Source of the DNA: Octopus bimaculoides
Taxonomy: Eukaryota
Reading direction: 5' to 3'
Assembly (NCBI RefSeq): GCF_001194135.2
Contig: NC_068993.1
Span: 41,065,894 to 41,120,541 of the forward strand
DNA: 54,648 bases
Shown here: piece after piece, positions 13,175 to 25,131 of the stretch
Numbering within the stretch: position 1 is the stretch's first letter
Layout of the letters: every line of letters begins with the position of its first letter
Position numbers and translations under genes: made by a program
Notes under the pieces: model-generated
Database searches by the model: none
Told to the model about the DNA's origin: nothing
What the model saw: the letters and a program-made list of their open reading frames with translations, nothing else

Positions 13175-13385
13175 AAACAAGATAATTTATTTTCAAACGC
13201 ATAAACACTGAAAGAACAACAGAGACTGGATTAAATATCCATACAAAGCGGAAAAACTTGTCAGTAACCAGCCACAAGACTCGATCTCGCATCCCTTCGA
13301 TTTTTTTCCGGTTTGTGTGGATATTTTATCCAGTCTCTGCTGTTCTATCAGCGTTTATGCGTTTGAAAATAAATCATATTTGTAT
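13175..13385. repeat. Foldback hairpin with ~82-bp arms and ~44-nt loop
   Basis: 13175-13256 pairs with 13301-13385. Confidence 0.85.
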
Positions 13386-14350
13386 CCCACAATACATTTC
13401 AACGCTTCTAAAACAAACATTAGTTTGTTTATATTTGTCGCAATTTGTGGAGAGATTAGAACACGTAGATTTTTTTGCAAACAACTTGCAGATGCAAGTG
13501 TTACCAGTTGAAAGTTCTGCATACCGGATGCTAGCAAGTTTATGGGGGTGATCAGAAGAGAATGCGCGCCGTTTCGGGGCCTACCTCTCGATGGCATCAA
13601 TGCGCACCAGCCCCACTCACTGAAATGAGGTTCCGCTTGCTAGATCAACTAGTTATCAGGTTTCGCTTCATATTCTTCTAGCCATTAGTCATCGTCTCTT
13701 TTAAACCAAATCCAGTGGCTCGCATTTTCCACTATAGTCTGGATATCACTCACAGCGGTAATTGCCATACGATGAGTTAGGCCTAACGATAACAATATTC
13801 GTTTATTGGTTTCAGTCATTTAACTGCAGCCATGCTGGAGCACCGACCTTTAGTCGAACAAATCGACCCCAAGACTTATTCTTTGTAAGCCTAATACTTG
13901 TTCTATCGGTCTCTTTCGCTGAACACCGCTAAGTTACGGGGACGTAAACACACCAACATCGGTTGACAAGTGATGGTGGGTGGGGGACAAACACAGACAC
14001 ACAAGCATATATATATATATATATATATATATANNNNNNNNNNNNNNNNNNNNNNNNNNNNNNNNNNNNNNNNNNNNNNNNNNNNNNNNNNNNNNNNNNN
14101 NNNNNNNNNNNNNNNNNNNNNNNNNNNNNNNNNNNNNNNNNNNNNNNNNNNNNNNNNNNNNNNNNNNNNNNNNNNNNNNNNNNNNNNNNNNNNNNNNNNN
14201 NNNNNNNNNNNNNGGTTGGGAAGCAAGCTTCTAACCACACAACCACGCCTACATGATTCATGTATAGGTTCTCTCCTTGATTTCTCTTTCTCAATTACGT
14301 GCACATACTTCGTATCACGCATATACATACGATACAGATTTAAGATAATA

Positions 14351-14392
14351 ATGGCCTCACTAATTTTATTGTTTATCTTTTTTGTTTTTGCC
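14351..14392 (+). CDS. Weak candidate for the PVF signal-peptide exon (MASLILLFIFFVFA)
   Basis: ATG in strong Kozak context (ataATGG), hydrophobic run, phase-0 end at a weak donor gcc|gtcagt. T-rich DNA gives such peptides by chance, and the true exon 1 may lie upstream of the window. Confidence 0.18.
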
Positions 14393-14487
14393 GTCAGTCT
14401 TTAGTTTTCAAATTAATCTATTCTAAAATAACCAGTCAATAACAATTTTGCTTTAGTTTAAAAAGCCCATCACCTCCAATCCTTCCC

Positions 14488-14975
14488 CGCCTCTCTCTCT
14501 CTCTCTCTCTCTCTCTCGCACACTCACAACCACTTACTCCATACATACACACACTTCCACACTCACTCACACCCACCCACACTCATACACACAAACGCTC
14601 ACATGTACACCCACACTCACACATGCGTACACACCCACATTCACACACATACACACTCACACATGCACACGCTCTCACGTACACGCTCTCACACGTACGT
14701 GCTCTCACACGTACGCGCTCTCACACGTACACGCTCTAACATGTACACACACACACACACTCTCTCTCACACGTATACACACACACGCTCACATACATAC
14801 TCACACACACACTCTCACATACATACACACACGGTCACATACACACATACACGTTCACACACACACATGTGTTCACATACATACACTCGCACGCTCACAT
14901 AAACACACACTCGCACGCTCACATACATGTGCACACACGCTCACATACATACATGCTCACACACACACACACTTT
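14488..14975. repeat. (CT)n then long degenerate (CA)n array
   Basis: Direct inspection. Confidence 0.95.
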
Positions 14976-16641
14976 TCTCTCTGTTCCTCTCTATTGATCC
15001 CTTTCTGTTCTTCCTCCTAATCGCTCTCGACGCCATTGTTACATCCCACATGCCGTATTTTTCACCATTTCTCCATCTCATTCCGTTCCTTTCACGTCAT
15101 CACCCTTTTTGCAGAGCATGTAACAAGCACTAATAAACACAGACAAAATTCTGACGAAACAGATTATTTAATTAGAAACACACAACTGAACATCGTTTCA
15201 TTTTGATGCTTGTATTTACTTCATTACATTTTCTAGTAAGACAACATGTACTGAGAAAGCTTTATTGGGTAATGAGGAGTATGATAAGCCCGTGGCAATT
15301 GGCTGTGGTCTGCTTTGGCAACATAAAGATTCGTAAAATAGGTTCGTATGTCATGAAAAGAAGGCAGTGCTGGTATTTTAGGCACATGTGTTTAGTGCGA
15401 AGAAGCTTCTCCAATTTTTTTTTTTACCTGTAGTGGTGCGAAATTATGGCCCCCATTAAAGAAGTACAATCTACGAATGCGCAAGGGACTTGCCTTCGCG
15501 GAAGCCCCTCGAGTGCGCATGCGTAGTAAAACCAGTACTTAAAGCGCTTCGCGCGCTTTCTAAACCTCTTTAACGCGGTGCTTTCGACGTGACAACTACT
15601 TGCTGCTTTGGCATGCCTCAACGAATCTCTTAATATCCAGATGCCGATTACAAGGTAACCAGCGGCTGCTAGGCTGTATGACACAGGATTTGTAAAGCCA
15701 AGCATCACCGAAATAAGTTTTATTTTTATTATGTTGTTAATTGTTCTACTGTTTCTTAATATATAATTTTGTTGAAAGGTGATAGAGAGAGGCTAAAGTC
15801 TCTATTGCTACTATCAACCTTTTACATAACTATATCTTTTATAATAACAATTTGAGAACAATACCGTTGCTGGTCACGTGTTTTCAATGTTGTTGTTTCT
15901 TACAATAAAACAAATATAACAAGACACTTCGAAAAGCAACTCTTCTTTCCTTTGTTGAAAATAAATAACAACTGACTGCTAGTGCAGCCCTCTCACCTTC
16001 TACAATGTTCTACGTGATCAAGGGAGGGCTGCAAGAGTGTCTTTATTTGCACGTAACTTTACAGGCACCGTAAGCAATTAGCGAAATTGTCGTACATACC
16101 ACCAAATTATTCAGTTTTGAGCGATGGCTAAGCATGTATGTGTGTGACTTTATCCCCGCCACATATACGTACATGATGCATCTTCTCATTTGATAGCCAT
16201 CCACTATCTATTTTCCGGTTCAGGTGATGAGCTGGCAGAATCGCTAGCACGCTGAGCGCCAAATATTTAACGGCATTTCGTCCGTCTTTATGTTCTAAGT
16301 TCAAATTCTGATCAGGTCGACTTTGCCTTTTCATCCTTTCGGGGGTTGATGTAATCGACTATCCCCCTTCCCTAAAACGCCAGCTTTGAGCCTATAGTAG
16401 AAAGGATTATGTTCTGATCAGTTTCTGTCCACTGTCACACGTCCACGTGTTCCGTGGTGATTCTTAATATCAGTTGCTAATTTAAATGGTTTAAGAAAAC
16501 CATAACCAACAAGACACAGCATCTCTACAGGGAGGCTTGTCTGTCTGCCTGTCTGTCTGCCTGTCTGTCTGCCTGTCTGTCTGTCTCTTTGTAGAATGAT
16601 ATTCTTATGTACTGTCATTTGTCTTTGCTATTCTGTGCATA

Positions 16642-16998
16642 GGCGCAGGAGTGACTGTGTGGTAAGTAGCTTGGTTCCGGGTTCAGTCCCACTGCGTGGC
16701 ACCTTGGGCAAGTGTCTTCTACTATAGCTTCGGGTCGACCAAAGCCCTGTGAGTGGATTTGGTAGACGGAAACTGAAAGAAGCCTGTCGTATATGTGTTT
16801 GTGTGTGTGTTTGTCCCCCCACCATAGCTTGACAACTGATGTTGGTGTGTTTACGTCCCCGTAACTTAGCGGTTCGGTGAAAGTGACCGATAGAATAAGT
16901 ACTAGGCATACAAAGAATAAGTTTTGGGGTCGATCTGTTCGACTAAAGGCGGTGTTCCAGCATGGCCGCAGTTAAATGACTAAAACAAATAAAAAAAA
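16642..16998 (+). mobile_element. tRNA-derived SINE family B with internal (TG)n (other copies 13795-14252, 23135-23520, 28105-28465, 28860-29380, 44930-45300, 45730-46435, 48225-48640)
   Basis: Head GGCGCAGGAGTGACTGTGTGG with GGGTTCAGTCCC, CORE-like ACCTTGGGCAAGTGTCTT, internal microsatellite and shared tail CAGCATGGCCGCAGT. Confidence 0.85.
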
Positions 16999-18085
16999 TT
17001 ATAAAAAGAACAAAGAACATTTGTTTCTTCTATCATCTTGTTTCTGTTACTGGAATCCGGCTATGCTGGAGCACTGCGTTGAAGGGTTTAGTCGAACAAA
17101 TCGACCCCAATACTTAAGTCTGGTACATATTCTATTGCTTTCTCTTGCCAAACTGCTAAATTATAAGGACGTAAAAAACATCGGTTGTCAAGTGGTAGCA
17201 GGAGCNNNNNNNNNNNNNNNNNNNNNNNNNNNNNNNNNNNNNNNNNNNNNNNNNNNNNNNNNNNNATATATATATATATATATACGGCGGTCGTCCACAT
17301 AGTTTCCTGTCTACCAAATTCATCCTCTAAGCATTAGTCGTCCTGGGGCTATAGTTATAGGTACTTCGCCATGATGCGGCACGATGAAACTGAACCCAAA
17401 ACCATGTGGTGGCCAAGAGAGCTTCTTAACCAAATAACCATGCCTACACCTGTCTATAAATTTTGGTCCACAGTTAGCATTGACAGATGCAAACATCTTT
17501 TTCTTCATATGGTAGATCATTTTGAACAGGAAAATAGGAGATCGACTGGCCTCACTCCAATCAACAGTCTGAAATTGTAGCAAAAGCATAATAACAAACA
17601 ATAAGCAGATATGCGACTGCATAAACTGCTGTTCTCTCTGCTTCGCACACATCATCTACAATTGGTTGAGACAAACGTAAACGAGTTTCAACCCAAGCAA
17701 TGCAACTGTGAATTCTAAACCGTTAAACTCTGTGACTGATATTACAATTCTGCACCTCCATTTACAGCTGACATCTTTTGTGAAACACAATATAAACACA
17801 TTCCAGTAGGCCTGCACATTCTGAATAAACAGGATTCTCAGAAATATTCTGCTATGGGAACCTGACAAATTAACTCCTCCCTTGCATCAGTAAAAACACA
17901 CAGACCATAGGGCTGGAGAGAAATTTTATACTGGAGGGTCGTGCGGAATTAAGAGGAAATTTTTAAAACGGCATTAAAGAAAATTTTACTGCATAAGCTG
18001 GAAAATGTACGCTCATTGAACGAAAACTGTTGGTTAATCTTTACACACACACACGCACACACACACGCACACGCACACGCACACG

Positions 18086-18116
<31 letters not shown>

Positions 18117-18821
18117 GTATATATATATATGTATATANNNNNNNNNNNNNNNNNNNNNNNNNNNNNNNNNNNNNNNNNNNNNNNNNNNNNNNNNNNNNNN
18201 NNNNNNNNNNNNNNNNNNNNNNNNNNNNNNNNNNNNNNNNNNNNNNNNNNNNNNNNNNNNNNNNNNNNNNNNNNNNNNNNNNNNNNNNNNNNNNNNNNNN
18301 NNNNNNNNNNNNNNNNNNNNNNNNNNNNNNNNNNNNNNNNNNNNNNNNNNNNNNNNNNNNNNNNNNNNNNNNNNNNNNNNNNNNNNNNNNNNNNNNNNNN
18401 NNNNNNNNNNNNNNNNNNNNNNNNNNNNNNNNNNNNNNNNNNNNNNNNNNNNNNNNNNNNNNNNNNNNNNNNNNNNNNNNNNNNNNNNNNNNNNNNNNNN
18501 NNNNNNNNNNNNNNNNNNNNNNNNNNNNNNNNNNNNNNNNNNNNNNNNNNNNNNNNNNNNNNNNNNNNNNNNNNNNNNNNNNNNNNNNNNNNNNNNNNNN
18601 NNNNNNNNNNNNNNNNNNNNNNNNNNNNNNNNNNNNNNNNNNNNNNNNNNNNNNNNNNNNNNNNNNNNNNNNNNNNNNNNNNNNNNNNNNNNNNNNNNNN
18701 NNNNNNNNNNNNNNNNNNNNNNNNNNNNNNNNNNNNNNNNNNNNNNNNNNNNNNNNNNNNNNNNNNNNNNNNNNNNNNNNNNNNNNNNNNNNNNNNNNNN
18801 NNNNNNNNNNNNNNNNNNNNN

Positions 18822-18981
18822 NCAGCTCTCGCTCTCTCTCTCTCCAAGTTTCACCCTCTCTTTTCAGCTCTCTCTCTCTCTCTAGCTCTTTCTCTCCTCA
18901 GCTCTCTTTCCAGCTCTCTCTCCCCCTCTCCAGCTCTCTCCCCCTCTTCAGCTCTCTCTCCCCCTTTCCAGCTCTTTCTCC

Positions 18982-19021
<40 letters not shown>

Positions 19022-19029
19022 CTCTCTGT
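18822..19029. repeat. CT-rich minisatellite built from cagctctctc units
   Basis: Direct inspection. Confidence 0.9.
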
Positions 19030-19799
19030 CTAGATGTGTCGCTGAGTCAAGGATGAAATGGACCGAGAGAATGTCTATGTCTGTTCATGACCTCAAGGGC
19101 ACCTAAATTCGATTAGCGAAAGTATTGTACACGTTACCAGGCCACTCATGCACTTGCTTGTGCAGGCCGACTGTACTCTCATTGCTCTGTACTTGAAAAA
19201 GGCATCAACACAACAGCTTCAGTGACTACGACAATGCAAATAGTTTTGATTGTGTAAGTCAGTCGTAAGGAAGACGTGAGTTTTTTTTTTTTTTGTGCAA
19301 CTTTTGAGTTACATCAGGTTAATAAGTTAAAATAGTTATTCTTTTACTTGTCTGAGTCATTTGACTGCGACCATGCTGGAGCACCGCCTTTAGTCGAACA
19401 ATTCGTGGCTGGCTGCGAGTAAAAGGCCTTTGAAATCCTCCAAAAGGCCAAAATGCATCTGGCGCTCTTATTGGCCGCTGCTAGAACGAATTTCCACCTC
19501 CCTCCGATATTTATGGTTCTTTTAACACAGCACATCCAATATGAAGTCTTATCTCAGGACAAATATCGCAGTAACTGGTCCATTGACAATGTATACATTA
19601 AACATGATATATAAATGACTATTTTACTTACTGTAGGGTTTATCTTGTTCTCAAAGATCATTAGTGATGCACCCAAGTGAATTGACTGCAACCACGAATC
19701 AAAATCAGACGATATATTTTGCTCAGCAAGAGCTGACATTTTAACCTTCAATGTTCGGTTGTCTTTATTGATAAACATTATTCAGCAATATCGAAGAAA

Positions 19800-19976
19800 A
19801 GCGGAAGAATACATAAAGTATTGCTAACTAATACAGATATTTTATTCAAACTTATTACAAGCACCTTCCTGTCAAGGGTTCCAGACGAGCCTACCTCACG
19901 GCAGGAAACACAGATGGGGGTGGCGGTATCAAACTCCCTCATTGACCAAATGTTACATATCACAGGAGGTTTCAAA
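19800..19976 (+). pseudogene. CR1/L2-like LINE ORF2 C-terminal relic
   Basis: FKLITSTFLSRVPDEPT...VSNSLIDQ resembles the LD.FL..VPDEP...SNS..DQ ending of such LINEs. Confidence 0.45.
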
Positions 19977-20482
19977 TAATGGTGTAGCTCAGTTAACGGT
20001 GGTGCTCCAGCGTGACCACAGTTTTGAAGCTGAAAGATTTTAAAGAATTTTAAATTGGGTCGAAGCAATACTACGTAATTCGTTCAAAATGCTGTCGGAT
20101 ATTGGTAACAAATCTATGTTGCTAGAGACATTCACCCTGTTCAGGAGATTTATCTTTCATCTATTAAAGTAGCGCAGAATTAGAGATAAGCCTCAGTAGG
20201 ACAATTTTTGTTACAATCAAAGTATCTATATAAATAACAAAGAACGTAAAGACGGACGAAATGCCGCTAAGCATTTTGTCCGACGCGGTAACCGTTCTGC
20301 AAGCTCACCGCCTGGATTATATAAATATTGAAACATAAGACTGCTCAGCCCTCACTGAAATAATCCTGAAAGACAATAGTAATGACAGATTTCTAAATTA
20401 TAGATTTGTATAATTAACAGATTTGCAAGAATATTCGTATTTTGTGGCGTTACTATTTTATTTTATCTGTATTCTATTGCAG

Positions 20483-20558
20483 ATTCCAAAAAGTGAACGA
20501 CAAAAAGTAAACAAATTGACATCACTGAAAGACTTGCAGGAGTTTTTACATGTAAACG
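20483..20558 (+). CDS. PVF: PVF (PDGF/VEGF-related factor) propeptide exon, IPKSERQKVNKLTSLKDLQEFLHVN
   Basis: Acceptor tattctattgcag|ATT and donor AACG|gtaagt; 76 nt, phase 0 to 1. The peptide resembles the PDGF-A/B N-terminal propeptide (IP...S..DLQ.LL). Phase matches the next exon. Confidence 0.85.
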
Positions 20559-21065
20559 GTAAGTTCGACTCTATGTTCCTCTTGTTTAACGTCAGCGGAC
20601 AGCTAAGGTCAACCACCTCTCTGTAATATGTTTGTATATACGCATATTCGTTGATTCTTAGATTAGTTTCAGTCTTAGGGTTATGACCATGTTGAGATAC
20701 CAGACTGAACTTGAATGGGATTTTAATCAATCGTATTGATCTTTTTATTTATTTTAGTGTGAAACTTGTTTTATTGATTCATGTGTGGAACCGCTTATGT
20801 TACAGTAAATAATGGGACACTATTAACAGCGGTTTCTTGACTGACACAAGCACAGACATGGAACGGAACGCGCACACACGTCTGCATGCATCTGTGTATA
20901 TATGGTGGTATTTTAGTGTGTGTATGTGTATACAGCTATATCTCTGTACATTTTTGTGTGCGTATAAATATATGTGCGTGTGAGTGTGTATGCATATATC
21001 AGTGAATGCGTATATGTATACATGTGTTTGTAAATATGTGGAAATAGAAGGGTATCTACGTGTGA

Positions 21066-21096
<31 letters not shown>

Positions 21097-21377
21097 ACGT
21101 GCGAGTCATAGCATCTGCTCAGTATGTTAACAAAATCCCTCTCACAAAGTATTGTTCAACCTGAAGAGTATATTTGTCGCGATGCTTGTATGTCGGTGTT
21201 TGTTTGCGTGCGAATCCATAACGATCAAATGGGAACATTATATATTTTTACTGAAAGATGCAACGAACAAGCGAATATAAAGTTCCAATAATTGCTGGTG
21301 ATAAAATAGCAAGACTAGAAATCATGCTCAGTGTTTAAAAAGTTAACATAATACTGATTATTAATCCTGTGATACTT

Positions 21378-21414
<37 letters not shown>

Positions 21415-21501
21415 TGTGAGTGAGAGAGAGAGAGAGAGAGAGAGACAGAGACAGAGAGAGAAACAAAGTATCTGCTCGGTATTTTTACCAAATCCCTCTC
21501 G

Positions 21502-22235
21502 CAAAGTTTGGTTTTGATTTAACCGTACTAGACTTTATATTCTATTCGAAAGGGCTCGAGAATAAAAGTACCATTAACATACTGCCAGTTAATTCGATCC
21601 GCTAGATACATCTATCCTCAGTAAATTACTCCACCATTATTACCACCACATCACCTCTTTAAAATGCCTAGCACTGGATCACGCACTTGCACACAGCCTA
21701 TACCTCTGGCTGGAATTCAGCAAGGAAATCTTGGCGTTGCCTGGCAGGAGATGAGGACGTGCGTTCTCTGAGACTGTCTCAAACACCTGCGATTGTTTTG
21801 GTTTGGTTGCAAGAGGTGAGGTGTATGTTCTTCGTAGCTCTCTCAAACTTCTGCGATTATTCTTGGCGCGGAAATGCTTTATTACTAAGAAAATCGCGCG
21901 AACTTCAAGAACATTCGATGATGTTCCATTACATGGTTTGATGTCTCTGTAAGCTGACTGGTTAACAATCAGGATGCGTGACATCATCAGAATGCGATCT
22001 ATGTTGTTCCAAGCTGGCATCTGAAATAAGTTCCATTCCCGGTCCCGCTACGTATTGTTTTCTAACCTTTGATCCAGTGCTAGGTGTTTTAAAGAGGTGA
22101 TGGTGGTGGATTTACTGAGGATAGATGTATCTAGCGGATCGAATTAACTGGCAGTATTTTAATGGTACTTTTATTCTCAGGCCCTTTGGGATAGAATATA
22201 AAGTTGGCTGCGGTTAAATCCAAACCCAAACTTTG
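21502..22235. mobile_element. Element with ~170-bp terminal inverted repeats and a 388-bp spacer (Mutator/foldback-like)
   Basis: 21502-21681 is the reverse complement of 22070-22235 apart from a short indel and scattered substitutions; no clear TSD. Confidence 0.75.
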
Positions 22236-23282
22236 AAGTAACATAAATAAATATTGGTTTCAAATTTTGGTACAAGGCCAGCAATTTCGAGGAAGAGCGT
22301 AAATCGATTTCATCAACCCCAGTGCTCAACTGGTGCTTATTTTGTCGACCCCGAAAGGATGAAAGGCAAAATCGACCTCGACGGATTCTGAACGCAGAAC
22401 GTGAAGACAGACGAAATGCTGCTAAGCATTGCGTCCGACGTGCAATCGATTTTGCCAGTTCACCACCTTAACGTAAATAAACATTACATAGTTTAGTCCA
22501 GCGCTATGCGTTTGTTATATAAGCATTTATTTATTGATAACAACACATAGAATACATAGAGCAACATTGAGCCTCCGGATCCGTGAGGCCCCTGGGCAAC
22601 TGCTCAATGTTGCCATGTCTTTGGTGCAAACTGAAAAAATTGGTATTTAAATCCTTTCTCATTTAGGCAATAAAAGATCTAAAGAAGGGCGAAGAAAGCA
22701 GAGACACACGAGAATACAAACTCAAATTATCAAAATGCAGCTAACAAAAATTGTGGAGGAAGAAAGAAATTCCACGCTGCAATTGTTTTCGTTCCAGGTT
22801 TGAACCTGTGGCTACAAGCAGAGAATTTTTATAGCGAAATTCTATACAATTATTTCGTTAAATTAGAATATTGTGTCTACTAAATAAATATTTTCTAATA
22901 TAGATTATTTTAATTATTAAAGCGGCGAGCTGCCAGAATTGTCAGCACATCAGACAAAATGCATCGGGCGTTTCGTTCGTCTTAACGTTTCAAGTTCAAA
23001 TTCCACCGAGATCGACTTCACTTTTTATCCTTTTGGGAATTGATGAAATACGTTCCAGTTCAGCATTGATGTCAATGTAATCAACAACTCCTCTTCCCCA
23101 AAACTTCAGGCCTTGTGCCTATAATAAATAGGATAGGTCGTATGGTAAAAGTTTGGTTCCTAATCACAGGGTTCCAGGTTCAGTACCATTGCGTAACACC
23201 TTGGGCAAGTGTCTTATACTATAGCCTCGGGCCGATCAAAATTTATGAGTGAATTTGCTGAACAGAAACTGAAAGAGGCTTG

Positions 23283-23334
<52 letters not shown>

Positions 23335-23839
23335 ATTACTGCTTGAAACCGGTGCTGGTGTGTTTACGACGCCCCAGAAACTTAGCTGTTCGGCAAAAAA
23401 GAGTAATAGAATGAATACCAAGCTTTGAAAACAGTTCCTGATGTCGACTTATTCGTCTAAAAATTCGAGGTGATGCCCCAGCATGGCCGCATCACGTCAA
23501 AAACAAGTAAAAGATGGAAGATAGACACACACACACACACACACACACATAAATATGTCTGTGTGGCTTTGTGCTTGTCCGTCACCACCGCTTAACAACC
23601 TGAGTTGGTGTGTTTACGGCCCCGTAACTTAGCAGTTTGGCAAAAGACACTGATAGAATAAGTATCAGGTTTTTAAAAATGTACTGGGATTAATTCGTTC
23701 GACTAAAATTCTTCAAGGTGCCCTGGCTAATGACTGAAAGAAGAAAATGATAAAGAGATATAAGGCAATGCTAACGTAAAAGACAAATAATGATGTAAAA
23801 TATCCAATCAAGTTACTTTTATTAATATTGATTGTGTGG

Positions 23840-24080
23840 GCTCTTAAATTCAAGATTCCGAATTCGATTCCAGGCAGTGACCTGAATAATAATGATAATA
23901 ATGATAATAATAATAACAACAACAACATCGAAAAATACCTTAGGAATGAGAACCCAGGTTCAAAATTTCCCCAAGGCATCTGATGAAAACTGGAGGGTAT
24001 ATCAGCCGAAACGTTGTGTTAACAACAAAGAGGATGAGGACAAATATCCGTCAATTGTAAATAATGTACATAATTCCTCG
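23840..24080 (+). mobile_element. Short interspersed element: B-box-like head, (AAT)n, Penelope-type 3' end
   Basis: aattcgattcc at 23861-23871; (AAT/AAC)n at 23885-23927; CTGATGA...GAAACG motif at 23980-24013. Confidence 0.55.
23975..24020 (+). ncRNA. Decayed minimal type I hammerhead ribozyme motif
   Basis: ggcat-CTGATGA-a-aactg-gagggtatat-cagcc-GAAA-CGT-T-gtgtt: intact core, 3-bp stem II, ACGT palindromic stem III, wobble-rich stem I. Confidence 0.5.
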
Positions 24081-25022
24081 TTTCTTTAATATAGAACTGA
24101 ATGACATTTAAGTCGTTTGAGTATTCGTTTTCGGCATGAAACAAAGATTTCTGTTCACACACACATTTAATTCTCTCTGTTCATAAAATGGGTATTAGGC
24201 TAGTATATATATATATATATATATNNNNNNNNNNGTGTGTGTGATAACCTTTGTCACTGTGAATATGTGCGTGTATGTACGGCTTAGGATTGGCTGAAAT
24301 ATTGTTAACGTCACAGATATGGATAGACGGATAGGCATCTCAGAGAAAGGAAAAATAAAGCCAGAAAGAACTGAAAGGGAGAGGAAGGTAGAGACTGTTG
24401 AGAGAGAGAGAGAGAGAGACAGACAGAAAGTGGGGATGATGATGAGTAAGAAACATAAAAGAATAGCGATAGGGTAAGTGAAAGAACGGCAGGAGATTAA
24501 ATAAACTTATTCCTGATTTGGTGACTGAGTTTTGTATGAAAACAAAAGACGACAATCCTTTTGATTTGTGGCTTTGTGGTTAAGAAGCTTGCTTTGCACA
24601 GCCACGTGGTTCCGGGTTCGCTGCCATTCAGCAGTATCTTAGTCAAATGTCGTCTAAAGAACCAGGTCGACTAGTGCATTGTGAGGGAATTTTTATAGAC
24701 GGCAACTACGTGGAAGCCTGTCGTGTCTGTGTGTGTGTGTGCGTGTGCGCAGCGTGTAGCTGTGTGGTAAGAAGTTTGCTTCCCAACAGAGAAAGAGAGA
24801 GAGACTGGTTTTGGTGGTATTTCGGTGTATTTCTTACACAGCTCTCGATACGAACTTCTGGCTAGCCACACTTTAAGACAGGTTTTTAAGAAGCAGGAAC
24901 CCCAGGTACTTATCATCACTGGTATGATTCTTGTAGAAATTATTGCGCAAAGTAACATATCAGATAAGGGGAAAAGGGAAAGATGTCTAGCTTAATGCTT
25001 CAATTAAGCCAATGCGACATTG

Positions 25023-25126
<104 letters not shown>

Positions 25127-25131
25127 ATAGA

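Noticed and set aside
17949-19106. ORFs of 230-450 aa (also 37666-38613 and 39105-39955)
   Set aside because: Mostly X residues from N-gaps; artefacts.
19615-19680. MTILLTVGFILFSKIISDAPK as a signal peptide
   Set aside because: Ends in a stop; the possible donor is phase 2, not phase 0; adjoins a LINE relic.
22667-22797. Basic open segment GNKRSKEGRRKQRHTR after a plausible acceptor, a possible convertase-site exon
   Set aside because: Enters in phase 1 but the only plausible donor is phase 0 and weak, incompatible with the following phase-1 exons.
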